A stretch of 64,000 nucleotides of DNA from NCBI GenBank assembly GCA_046563655.1, contig CM102289.1, positions 9,362,001-9,426,000 on the forward strand, read 5' to 3'. Shown piece by piece: positions 11,791 to 25,100 of this stretch. Position 1 is the stretch's first letter, and each line of letters starts with the position of its first letter. The position numbers and the translations under genes are program-made. Origin of the DNA: Yuukianura sp. NJ FZ-2021. Taxonomy: Eukaryota. The notes under the pieces are model-generated. The model was not told where the DNA came from and searched no databases. It worked only from the letters and a program-made list of their open reading frames with translations.

Positions 11791-14700
11791 ATGCCTAGAA
11801 CAATTTACACAACGTCGCCTGCAGTAGGGCGAACTAGAGCTAGAACGGCAACACTCCAATTTCCGTTGACTGCACTTCCGTCTCCTTCCGGATCTTCCCG
11901 CTTCAGCCACAACACGGTTCCTAAACTTGAGGATTTCCGAACAAACTTTGCACAACCGCCAGTACTGCCAGTATTTTCTGACCATGAACTCCAGTTCCAA
12001 AGAAACCAGCAGCCTCAACTTCCACGCCCACCGCCCCAAATCAACGCCAAACTAAGAAAACTCCAAGCATCCAAATCCGCAAAATACTCAAACGCCTCAG
12101 GCGCTCAGTATTCTTCGTCTCAAAGTCAAACCTTGGCATATCCCAGATTAAAATCTTCCAAACTTCAAGGTCACTCAAAACTACTGGCCAAAAGTCAAGG
12201 TCAACTGGACAAGGACAGAAATACTTCGGGGCAAGTTGAAGTGGATGCTGGCCAGTATCAGCCAGTATCGTCAGACACTTTGCATTTGGATGGACAAGGA
12301 CTCAAGCAATTTCCAATTCTTGGACCAAATGACAGAAACATTCGACTCCTCTCGCTCCAGCACAACTCCATTTCCAGGCTTCAAAATTTAATTGTGCTTG
12401 GGAATTTAGTTGTTCTGGATTTGTATAGCAACAAGATTGAACGAATTGCAAGTCTCCAGGAGTTCAGCAACCTACGAGTTCTCCTTCTCGGCAAAAACAG
12501 GTACATATTCAATTTTAGGAATTTTAAAAGTTTACTTTCCAAATTTTCAATTTTGAATTTTGACAACTTGTGAAATTTTAGGATTCGACGTGTGGAAGGG
12601 CTAGAAGGACTGAGGCAGCTGGAAATCCTGGATCTCCATGGAAACCAATTGCGTTATCTGGACAACCTGCATTCCTTAGCGTCATTGCGAATTTTAAATG
12701 TGGCGGGAAACGTTATTCGGTCGATCCGGAACTTCGGACCGTCCGAACTGTCGTCTCTGACGGAACTCAATTTGAAGAGAAACCGACTACGGAGTTTGAA
12801 CGGTTTAGAAAAAGCGACGAACCTCAAAAAACTTTTCGTGTCAAACAACGAACTGCAGTGGTAAGTCACGAAAACTAAGTCACGTAAAATTTTGAAAACA
12901 ACTTTGTTTTGAAATTTTGATAATACATTTGCAGTGTGTCAACGCTAAATCCACTGAGGAAGTTAATCTTTTTGGAAGAATTGGTGCTGGAGTCCAACCC
13001 ACTTTGCTCAGTGTCCAACTACACCTGCGCAGTGCTGTCACTACTGCCAACATTGGCAGTACTTGACCGAGTACTGGTCAGCGATTCTACTCGGAGAGAA
13101 GTCAAGTTTTGGCAAATGGGACACCAACGACTACTGGATGTCCAGCATTCTACAAATGCCCGGGAAATAGTCGAAGTTCCTCGTCAAGGGTCCAGGGAAG
13201 AAGTGATCAACCAAGCCAGACGAAGATGGGAGTCAGTCATTGACTTTGTGAAGAATACTGCCAAGTATTCTCCAGAATCCAATAATACTTCCAAGTATTC
13301 TTTACCATCCAAGAATACTGCCACGTACGACATGCCAACTTCAATTCCACGACTGCGATCAAAATCTGAACCTCGACAGTTGACGCAAGATTCACGACAT
13401 TTTCAAAATTATACTCCCACTTCCGGATCTTATGCTAAACATTACGGTCCAGTATCGACGAAAGCGGAACCTGCCCCTGTCCAGAACGAAACGAAACCCG
13501 ATACGAACTTAGTACCTTCAAGGTCACTCGGAGCTGACAAAGGAGCGGCGCCGATTTGTCCGAAATTTAGCAAAGTGGCCATCGTTCGACCACGCCTGAG
13601 GCGATCAGAACAAGCTGGAACTGAAGTAGTCGCGAACATCCATACTTCTGAAATTCCAGTCAGTACTTTATCAAAATCCGACATTTTGATAAAAACTTCC
13701 GACCTTGCCCGAACGAATCCGGAAATGGACATGGATATGTCCAGGGCTCAACAAATTTGTCAACACCAGCCACAAAAAGTTCAAAATTTCCAGACATTCC
13801 ACGAAAAAGTGGAGCTTCAATCTCCAGAGTGCGAAAAACCACTTGAAATGTCGAAATCCAAGGAAACTGTTCAAATCGCTGCTGCTTCTGAAATCGCTGC
13901 TGCTGCTGAAATGGATGCTGATGCTGCTCCAAACACGTCTGAAAATGTGCTGGAGGAGAAGCCAGTAGTACTGCCTATTCGAAAGAACAGAAAAGTGAGT
14001 ATCCAGCGAAGTTTCAGCGTCGACACTTCCTTGCCAATCGCTGAAGAATCTTCCAGCGTCGGAACAGCTTCGGCTCCTAATGTCTTTGCAATGTCAGCAT
14101 CTTCCGGAAAGCGTCGCAGTTCATTGTACCGCCCGGTAGTGCGAAAAGTAAAACTTTGATTAATTGATCAATTAAGAATTCTTAATTCACTATAACTAAT
14201 TAAAACTTTAATCTCAATTAACTTTTAATTTTTTTAGAGAGGGCAAACTGCCAAGGTCACCGCTTCACCGTCGCTGTCTTCTCCGAACTTGTCGTTCCTC
14301 AGACGACCAATGACCGGAATTCCTGAAGCTGATTTGTCAGCGTCTGGAAAATCGCTTAAGCGCGTCAACTCCATGTCATCGCTGGCAACTCCAGCGATTG
14401 AGCAAACACCTAGAGAAGCGATTAAAAAGCAAGGGGCGGACTATTTGCTGGAATTAGAAGGAAAAACGCTCAACGTTTTTGGACATGGAGCACTGAAATA
14501 CTTCTTGACGATGGTGAACTGCATAAAAAGACATGAATTTTTGTTTGAAATTTTTATTTTGTTTTTGAAATTTTGAAATTTTTTTGACAGTGCTTCCCAG
14601 ATGGTGTTGCTGAGAGCGTGGAGACAATCAAGTTTCACTTTTTAGTCTACGACGCGATTTTCCCCCACTTTGGAAAATTGCGCCAGAGTTATCCGAGTGC

Positions 14701-15602
14701 CGAACGGTTCCATTTTCGGTAAAAACTCAAACTTTTGAATCGAATTTGCTTTAATGAAATTTTCAATTTTCAACTTTTTTTTTGTACTTCAGCGCCAACA
14801 ATATTGAAACTCTTGGTCAACTGAATGGATTGGCTGACCTGCACGGCATAACTGCTCTCCAGATCGATTCCGAGGGAAATCCAGTTACTCAAAATCCACT
14901 TTGGGAAAAGTATGCACTTTACCGTCTAGGTCACTGGGGACTAAGGGAAATGAACACCAAAGTGGTGGACATGACCTTGACAAAAAGTATTTTTGACCCC
15001 TGGGGTACTTGGCACTTTCCTGTCTGCCGCAAAGTACGCTTTCCCCTCTGGCCAAGAAGCTCCACGCTCTACAAACGTTCTGCTCCTGCTCACAGTCAAA
15101 TTCCTCTCAAGATTCTGGTAAAAATTACAATTTTAGTTTAATTTTTTAATTTTTACTTTTTAGCTTTTACTTTTTTAACTTTTACTTTTATGCTTACTTT
15201 AGGTCGAAAAAAAGGTGAAAACAGCGACAGTTGGGGCGATTGGATTTGTAATACTTGGGACAACGATCCAGTACTACTGGATGTCATTGGAAAAGAAGCT
15301 TTAGTCTATGTTCCAGTATGTCCAGTGCCTATTGTTCTAAAAATTATTTTGACTCGTTTGTGTTTTTTTCTAAATGTTAGGAAAATGTGGTGCTATCTTC
15401 AGCCGAAATAGCATCCAAAGTTGTCAACCAAGGAAGCGATGTACTGCAGAAACTAGAAATGCTGGATCAATCATTGCTGGACACTCTGGAGAGGACAATT
15501 GAAAGCGTACTGCTCGATTTCACTTCGATGGATGATTTACTGAAAAAGGAGTATCAAAAAGTCAAGAATGTTTCGATAATTGCAAGTAAGAAATTACAAT
15601 AA
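11791..15602 (+). CDS. LRRC49: Leucine-rich repeat protein 49-like (multi-exon, one apparent frameshift)
   Basis: SDS22-type LRRs (IRLLSLQHNSI, LVVLDLYSNKI, LRVLLLGKNRI, LDLHGNQL), LRR cap, and C-terminal LELEGKTLNVFGHGAL and EGNPVTQNPLWEKYALYRL blocks. Confidence 0.85.
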
Positions 15603-16154
15603 AGGAAGTGAAGCGTAAGCAGCGCTTGGAAGCGATTATAGAGTGTCGGTTGATTGAAATTTTATGAATTTTTTGAAGTAACTAACCAAATTTGTTAATT
15701 TACCTCTAACTTTTCTCAATATATACTCTAAACCTTTTCAACCTGCCCTAGGCAGGTGTTTGTGAATTCTGTTTAATAAACCAAGTGAATTTGTTATTGT
15801 TTTAAAATTTGAAACCATATAAATAATTGTTATTGTTTCAAAAAGTTGTTGTGCGGTGCATCGGGTCTCACATTGCCTCAGCGCGTTCCACAATTGAAAG
15901 GGAAACGCGGGAAACGTTTGTTTTGGTTTTTTTTTCCGTTTATGCGATTTTTCAGCTTGTTTCTTGTTTGTAAATTATTTTTTATAAAGATGTTGATGTT
16001 GTTGGTAAGTTGAGCAGTTGACGAAACAAGGAACTGGAACTTCTGGATTAATTGAACCATTAAGGTAATCAAGTTTCCGATATTTTTCAATTGATTTCAA
16101 CATCGTTTTTGAAACGTTGTATTCTGTTTTTTTTTGTCTTTTGAGAAAGGCACA

Positions 16155-18259
16155 ATGAGCGGCTCAGACGATTCTGTGATCATCATTGACAGCAGCAGTG
16201 ACGATGAAGATGTTCATGTAGTCAGAACTGTAACTAAAGAGGAACAGAGGTCAAGGTCACCTGTCAAGTCCAGTACTATTCCGAAGTCCGGAACTGCCCA
16301 GCCTAGCATAACTCAGTCTTCAAGGAGTTCGATGTCAAAGAAGACTGATTTAGTTTTTACTAGTGACGAAGACGATCTGTTGGACCTAGACGATGACGAA
16401 AACTCCAATCCTAAGCCTGTTCAAGTCAAAAAGCGTGTGCGGAGGGATGACCAAAAGCCTTCCACTTCTACATCAGCCCTGCAGCGCTCCAGTTCCAGCC
16501 CAAGCACCACGACGTATCGTGTACGACCAATGGTGAGAGTCGACAATTGATGAAATTGAAACAGCATTCGGTATGATACTTGAGCAATACATTTAAAGTC
16601 TATGCTGTTACAGGCAGAACCAGGTCGAAATAAGTCTCCATGGAGAAGATTGACGACTAATCTGAAGGAACAAGAGAAACTTGAGTCGGAACAGAAGAAG
16701 ATGACGAAGGCAAAGGAAAAGGATGACAAGAAAAGAGAACGGGAGCTGGAAAAGGTGCTGAAGCGAGCTCAAAATGAACTTGTACGAAATCAAAAATCGT
16801 CTGTGGAAGGTCCCAAAGTAAGTCAAAACCGCCAGTTATTGCTTATGTTAAGTAACTAAACTTCAATTATTAATTAACTAAAATTAATCTCGAATCTCGA
16901 TTCTAGTGTATCACTCTCTTACTGGACGCTCACATTCCAAATCTGGCAGATCTGACACCACTTCTGGAACGAGAACAAATCAAGTACGAAGTTTTTCCGA
17001 AAACGGTTTGCCACAACTCAATCATGTTCAAACGCGAACAAGTTTTTCTGGCTATGAGAGACGCTGCTCAGCAGGTATTTCCTTGCTTACTTTTTGACCT
17101 CAATCTGACATTAGTTAATTGATTAATTTAATCTTGATTACTTTACTTTAAGCCGGAAAGAGTGACTAGGTGCTCAGAAGAGGATCAAGTGATGATCATC
17201 ATGAACGCTGAAGACTTTGTTCCAAAGATTTACATTCAAGTTCACCAGAGTCCGTCCGCAGAGGGAAGTGCAATGTCTTATGTCAAGTCAGTCCAAGCGG
17301 CCTGTCCAGGAAAAGTCCTCACTCTCATTATTGTCGGACTGGACAAATACTTCAAGTAATCAAATATTTAAATCAATCCTAACTTTTTTAACGTAATTAA
17401 TGTGTTGTCCAGGAAGATCAACCTTGCCCTTCAAAGAGCATTTCGAGACCGTGTCAGAAATATTCAGCAAGCACAACAACAGTCTCAGTCTCAGCCAAAG
17501 AAGAAAAGAAAGAAAGATGAAGGTCCCCTTGAAGCCGTTACGGAAGTTGAGTTTAAGAGTTGTATGGTGGAGCTGGAGATTCACACTCAAGTGGTTCATC
17601 GACTGGTCAAAAGCCAAGAGAAGTTGGTACAACTACTGAAGCACTACGTCAAAGCAATTTGGATGGCTCCATTCGAGTAAGTTTGCGACTTTTTTAGCAT
17701 AATATGCAGGGAGTGACTATTTTTTTTTTTGTGATTTTTTTGGACAGCCGTGAGAAACTTGAGACTGGCTATTCCTGGTACGTAGAAGCTGAAACGCTGT
17801 CGAAGGGATCCGTCAAAGTAGAAACTAACGGTGAAGGGCTAGATCGACTGTGGATCGAGCAGCTGAAGATGTTCGCAAGAGTGGGAATCGAAACGGCTCA
17901 AGCCATTGCACAAAAGTATCCCAGCCCCAACTCTTTGATCAAGGTCAGTTTTTTTTTTTGAAATTATGATCTTTGTGACATGATTCTGCTTTTTGTTTAT
18001 TAGGCATACGACCTATGTGAATCTCCAGATCAGGCGAAGGATTTGCTTTCCGAAATCAAAGTAAGCCATCGCTTAAATTGTTATTGTTATGCTTACTTCT
18101 ATTTGACCACTGCACTGGTTATCGTTGATTATTTGTTAGGTCTGGACTACCATTGGGCCGTTGGTGAGCCAGAGGAAGCTAGGAAAGGCGTTGAGCCAGA
18201 AAATTCACCGGTTCTTTACTTCCAGTGACCCCGATAAGTGTCTCGGAGACACAAACTAA
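16155..18259 (+). CDS. EME1: Crossover junction endonuclease EME1/Mms4 (MUS81 partner)
   Basis: ERCC4-like segment LTLIIVGLDKYF...YVKAIWMAPF and HhH region GLDRLWIEQLKMFARVGIETAQAIAQKYPSPNSL...RKLGKALSQKIHRFFTSSDP; stop at 18257-18259. Confidence 0.9.
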
Positions 18260-18884
18260 TATCGATGTTTCATACAATAAACTCAATTAATTTGCTCCAT
18301 TACTAAGATACACGAAATTAGTTACGTTTATCACGGGTCAAGTCGCCATTTTGAAAATTCTGCGACACGCGTAACTCGGGAACGACACGTCCGATTGACT
18401 TCCTCTTGGTGTTAAAAGAAAGGGTTCAATGAGCCCTAGAAGAGGCTTTTTAATTAGTTTCAAAATTAATCTAAACGTCAATAAAGGCCCCATGCATGGG
18501 CCCTTCACTATTGCCAATGCAAAATGTGTCGATTTTTTGATATTTTGCTTCACACACTATTGCTACCCATACGTAAGGTACGATCAGGCTGATGCTCTAT
18601 CTGCAATGTACGCTTGACCTTTAAGGCTACCCCTTGACCCTTAAGGGCTCGGTGGGTCAAGAGATGCCTTGAAGGTCAAAGTGTAGCTGTCCAGCAGCAG
18701 AAGTGTCCAGGCACTGTCCAGCAGGAGCGAAGGCGGGAAGATGGTGTTGTGTAGTTGTGTTGTCTCTCACGTGATGCTAAAGAGAAGGCAAAACATTCAC
18801 GGCTGTTGATCCACTTTTTTTAGAAGTTAATTACAAAAACACTGCTAACTGAATAATTGTTTGCAACGAGAGCTTAACGTTGGA

Positions 18885-21313
18885 ATGGAAGCGGCTGCTC
18901 AGAATGACGCTAGAGCTGGAGCCGATGGGTAAGCGCAGTCTATCTTTAAGAAGTTAACTGTAAGGAACTAACGCCATGAATGGAATTAAGTTCTTTCTTT
19001 CTAAATTAGTTCAAAAGTACTTGACAAGAATTTGATCTAAACTAGTAAGTAATTCAACTCTACATTTTTCAGTGACATGGACCCAATTCCGCAGAGGAAG
19101 GTGCAACCTCGAAGGAAGTCAAAGCATAACCGTGAGCCGGCTCCAGAACCGGTTCCTGACGTACTTGAAGTGGCTAATGGCAGTATTTCCTTCTTCGTTG
19201 ATCCGTCTACTCCATCACTTGCGTCTCCAGTCGGAAGTAACATAACTGTTTCTGGGTCATCATCACAGCCCAAGACCATTGGAGGATCAACTAGAAAGCG
19301 AGGGAGGAAGCGGAAAAAGAAGTCACCACCACCATCAGATGAGCCGGTCGTTGGGATCAGTAACGGACTAAACAAAGTCAATCTCAAACGTGGATCGACA
19401 GGAAATACTGCAGCAGCACAATCACATGCTCCAGTAATGGACCAGACACCTCGACCTTTAGATACGAAGCTAAGACCATCAGGAAAAACGGCCGATTGGG
19501 ACGAGTTCCTCAGCGTTGGATACAATTTGCACTTTGTAGCACCAGTCTCCTATTTCAAAAATGTAAACTCTTGGTTTAAAATTGGATGATAAGCACAAAA
19601 TTTCGTTTTTTTTAATCAAGTTTTTAATGTCATTTGACTTAATTACAGGCTTCTCTGAGAGATGTTTGGGATGACTTGGCAATTGTTGGAAAAGTAGTTG
19701 AAGTTCCGAATCCATTCATCAGATGTCCAAGACCCATCAATTGGATTGCAACTATTAAGCACTATGCAGGTAAATTAACTGGAAGCAACAAAATTTAGCA
19801 ACACTTGCAATTAATTACTAATTTTCAAATAATTTTTAGGATACAAAGCTCTCGTGGAGTTCGAGACGTTTGGCGTTTTGCCTAGGCATGCCGCTTGGAT
19901 GAGTTTCTGCAGCGATGTCCCGAAACCGTTGGGGTACAGCGACAAGAAGCGGATACTTCTCTATCCACCGCACGGTAAGATTCATAAAAATTTCAAATAT
20001 AAAGTATGCGTTTTAAAAACGTTCCAATTTGGATTTTAGTCGTTGCGGATAGACATCCGGATTTTCTGGACAAAGTCCGTGAACTGATGAAACATCGGGA
20101 AACGGTTGCTCAAGATCACGGTGCTTACATAATGAACCAGCTCAAGAAAACACAGAAGTATGAACACATTTTAGTTAATTAAGTTTAACTAACTAACAGT
20201 TCTGATTTGTTGTCGTCAGATACCCGCTCCTGACGATGCTGGAGGTCATGGACAGAGACTGTGCCAGTAGAATGCGAATTGCAACTGTGACAGGAACCAT
20301 TGGCAATCGTATTCATGTTACCTACGTTATCGAACCACGTAAAGATGACGTTGGTAAGTAATCAGTCTTAAGTAACTGAAAACTCTAAGTTAATTAAGTG
20401 TTAATCTTAAAATTTTAAATTCAAGGTTACTGGTTTGATGTCAACTCAGACAAGGTTCATCCAATCGGTTGGAGCCAGACCGTGGATCACGAAATTTACG
20501 GTGTTTCCAGCGGTACTCCGTTTATTCCACTCCCGCCAGAATACTTCCCGGTGTATCCACGTGACTTGGTCCTCGCGGCTGGGCAGATGCTGGAAGCACG
20601 ACATCCAATACGACCATACCTAATTTGCGCAGCATCCGTCAATCGTGTCATGAACTATGGATACTTCGTGGCCGAATTTCGGACGTCGGCAAAGGAGAAG
20701 GACCATCCCATTGTCTTTACATTTCACGTCACCTCGCCATTTGTCTTTCCTTGTGGCTTTTGTGAAGCCAATGACATTGCTCTTGTGCCTCCATTTGGTG
20801 AAGACAAAAGCACATTCCAATGGAAAAAGTACTTGGAACAGAACATGTACGACCGAGCTCCTCTGGATCTCATTCCACCGGTAAGAATTTGAGTCCAATA
20901 AAAAAAACGTTTCATCAACGAATTGAAGTTTTTTTTAACAATTTGTTTATTTGTAGCGGGATGCTCACAAATTCAAGCCTGGTATGAAGCTGGAGGCCTG
21001 CGGTATCCTGGATCCGACTTACCTTGGTCCAGCCACAATCAGGAGAGTTCGAGCTCATCTTCTGTATTTGAGCTTTGACGGTTGGCCAAACTCTAAAGCT
21101 TGTCCTGGAGATACCCAGATGTGGACTCATGCTGAATCGACTGAGATCTACCCTATTGGATATTGTGAAATGGTTGGGCATAATTTCCAGGGAAAAGTGC
21201 AATGCAATAACTTCAATGATATTGAGGAACAATTCAGTAGTCGGGATTCCAGAAAAAGCGGTGCCAGTGCCGGCGTGGCGCCCTCTTCAAGATCTGCTTC
21301 AGTTTTGGACTGA
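18885..21313 (+). CDS. Divergent four-MBT-repeat protein (MBTD1/Sfmbt/L3MBTL2 family)
   Basis: Four MBT repeats, e.g. LEVMDRDCASRMRIATV, VHPIGW, GQMLEARHP...SPFVFPCGFCE and FKPGMKLEA...FDGW...IYPIGYCEMVGH. Confidence 0.85.
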
Positions 21314-22110
21314 ACTACTGGTTACTACAGTAGCACTGGATCAGTACAAGTATTTACGTCTTTACTTTGTAAATAACTTCTTCACATTCCTAATTCTTGA
21401 AATATGTTCTGGTCAACTCCTAGTTCACCATTAATTTGTGCTGTAATTGATTTAAATGTGCTGGGAACGTTTAATATGATAAGCCGTGCTATGACTGTCA
21501 TGGCATGACAGTTACGAATTCATGGATTCTTTATTTTTCCTTATTTTCCTTATTTTTTGGATGATTTTTTTTTGAATTACTGGGTCAAACAATGTCAATG
21601 TGCTAATAAATTGCATCTCTGTCTGTTACGATTAATTACGACGTCAATTGATTAATTGAAATCATATTGATCCAGTAATTATCAATTATTTATGAATTTT
21701 TGTTTATTTTTGTGCCCATCTCTGCTGATAGTGGGCGGTTTCGTGAAAGGGGAGTTGTGAGGACACTTTAGTGCAACCCTTTGTTATTTTGTCAAATGCC
21801 TCCACTATGTCCTATAGACTATACACTATACCCATTACTTTATAACAAAAGTAAATTCAATTCTACTTATATTTATAGATTAATTGATCAATTAACAGTT
21901 AATTGTAATTTGGGACAACATTAACATTGGATCGCGAACTTGGGCTATGGAGTCTACAGAGTGAAGGAAGTGACGAGTCGCAGCGTATAAGTAAAAGTAA
22001 GTAATTTTCAATTGATATTCTACATTGTAGGAGTTATTAGTAAGTAATCGATTAACCTAAGTTTTTTAGTCCGAGTTGACATTGGTTACGTTTTATAGGT
22101 GAACTGAAGA

Positions 22111-25100
22111 ATGATGCGTTTGGAAAAAAAGGCATCAACGTCACCCCAAAATAGAATGAAGTCAAAGCAGGCCGACTCCGAACCAGTTCCAGTTCTTGAC
22201 CCAGAAATCGATAAATTGTTGGAAGACAAAGCTGCAAAGTCAAATCTAAGCGTTTTCAATGTCAAAAGCATCATACGACAAGTAATCAAGAATCCCATGG
22301 TACAAGAAGTCGTTGGAGTTGCGATCAGGAGAGCTGCCAATGAAAACCCATCTGAGGACGACAATGTGGACGCAGCGATAACTGGACTCAACGAAACTAT
22401 GACGTTTTGTTTTGAGCCGAAACTTACAAGAGCCAAGACAAAGGAGTTGATACGGAACAAAGACCAACTACAGCTACCGTTATGGCCCATTTCTCCAGCC
22501 AAATTGGTCCAGGTTCAACCGCCACCCACAGAAACCCAAATACTCATCACATCACAGGATCTTCCAGAAGAGTCGGAAGCGGAAGATGACGAGTACATTC
22601 CGAAAGAAGCCGACTTGCATGCCGTAAGTAATCGAATGATTTCCAAGACTAACGGATTACCGATTACTCTGCCTATTTTCTAACAGAGCGACGACGAAGC
22701 AAGCAGAACGTCCATGAGCGACATAGGGTCTCCTTCTACACCTTCAACGGTACGAAGATCCACGGCGACTAAAAGGAGACGGGAAGCTCTGGGAACTCCT
22801 AATCGGTTCAACAGTGTTGATTCCGTTTTTAAAACGCCGTCACCAAAAAAGCAAAACGTTGATTCTCCAAGGGTAAGCTAACCTGATTACTATTTAATTT
22901 GAATCGTTTCGAAATCGTTTCGTCAATAATCATGTTGCATTTAACATCATCATATGTTCAATAGAATGCAATTGGTTTACGGACGCGATCAAAACTTCCG
23001 CTGAACGACACACCACTGGAAGTGCTTGAGAAACAGCTGATCCCACCAGACATTACAACTGACATGTACGAATGGAATGAATCGGACAACGAAGACTACT
23101 TACAGTTTCTGAAAACGTTTGCCTTCTCAGCCACACCCGATGGAGGAAATGATGACGAAGAGGCGGATCCGGAGTACAACGTTATGGAAGATGAAGAAGA
23201 TGACCATGACAAAGAAGAGCATCGGGTGGACAGAGCTGTCAAAGTTAGCAAAAAGGAGCTGAATGAACTTATAGCTGAGTTGTTCGACAACTACCAAATC
23301 TCTGACAATACTGAAGAACCCGGTTACTCATTTGCTCCTCCCCCAAAACAACAAAGTCCTGTCGACTCAAAATCACCAAAGACAAATACCGTTTCGTCAG
23401 CCAAGTCCGTAGGAAATGATTCGGAAGTGAAACCAGAAAATGAAGAACTTCCATCAGTTGCTTTGAAACCAGAAAATGAAGAGCTGCCATTGGTCACTTC
23501 GGAAGAACCGGCTCAACCAATAGCAACATTACGTGACGATGACGAAAAAGTTCCAAATGAAGCAATTCGTACTCCAACTGTGTCACAGAATACTGCGAAG
23601 AAAACCCTCGCTACACAAACAGATGAACCTATTGCAGATATTATTAAGAAGGAGGAGGATGCGTCACTTTTTAGTGTAGAGATGCTGGAAACACTGCGTC
23701 ATCAAATGCAAAAGCACATTCAACTGCTGGCGACAGCATATGTGATTTGCAGTTCACAAGAAGAACCGTTATCGGTCAAGGCTGGTCACAGTGCCAAGTC
23801 TCTTTTGGTAAGTAAACGTTTAGCGACGTTAGTTTGACTACTTAATTGTAGAAACTTTCGATTTTAGGAAAATTTGCATTTTTGATTTTTTGATGATTGA
23901 CGTTTTAGAGATTTTTTTTCTTTGCACAAGCAAAACTTTTTTTTTTAAAAAGTAATACGTTAGAAAGTTAAAAGGTGTGATGTTGTTTTGAAAAAACAAT
24001 ATTTTGGAATTTTTAAAACTTGTTATGAGGAAAATGCGTGTTAGAAAAATTTGAATATTTGGAATTTTATTTTATTTTTTTATGACCGAGGGAGTTTTAG
24101 ACATTTTTTTTTGCCTATGCATCACTTTTTTTAAAAAAAGTAATACGTTAGAAAGTTACAAGGTGTGGTCGTCTTTTGAAAAAACAATATTTTGGAATTT
24201 TTAAAATTTCCCTTAAATGAGGAAAATGCACTTTAGTGAATTTGTAATTTTGGGATTTTCGGAATTTGAACTTTTTTGTTTGTTTTTAGCTCGAAATTTC
24301 TCGTCAGGCGGAACTAAACGGCGTCAACTCGGTGTTTTCGGGCCAAAACTTGGCCGCTGCAGTTGAAGTTGTCTATGCCTGGCCAACACGAGCACCTCAA
24401 ACAATCAGCAACAGTTCTCCTATCAAGTAGGTCTTTTTTACAAATAGTCTATGATTATGTATTTTAATATTTATATGTTAATTAATAAGATTATATTATT
24501 TAGTATTATTGCCTGATTTCCAACTAAAACATGTATTTGTTGTTCCAGAAAGAAAATCCTGGAGGAATATCGATGCCAACCCAGAGGTGTGCCGGAGTAT
24601 GGACTGCGTGCTATAAAATTAATCGCAGAAAGTCCAGCCTTTATGTACCCAGCATTGCTACCATCCTCTGTCTCCGTTAACTACACAAGGACTCCAACCT
24701 TTGTTTTTACGGCTTCCGAAGACAACTTAATTGCAAGAGGCCTTGATGAACTAGCCACATCATATGTACCCTTAAGGGAAAAGGCTAAAATCATTGCAGA
24801 GACGCTGCTTCCTGTCAGAACTCCTCGTCAAATCTACGACAGAGTTAAAAATATCAGGAAACAAAAATGTTGTTTACTCAACAACGGACTCAAGGTAATT
24901 GGACTTAACTAGAATTTATGTAAATCTAGCATTTTTTTAACTTTTTGGTTTCGGATTCATTTCAGGCGTTTTTTGACAACAGAGATGTTCCTTCGGCAAC
25001 TCCGGATACTAACTTACCAACTGAAGCTCGCGCTCCCATTCAACAACCGCGTGAATACCTTAGTCAGAAGTGGACAAAAAACATTGAAGCCCTGGTGAGT

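Noticed and set aside
17074..17152. U12-type intron in EME1 (GTATTTCCTT donor)
   Set aside because: It does not match RTATCCTT and has no clear TCCTTAAC branch site.
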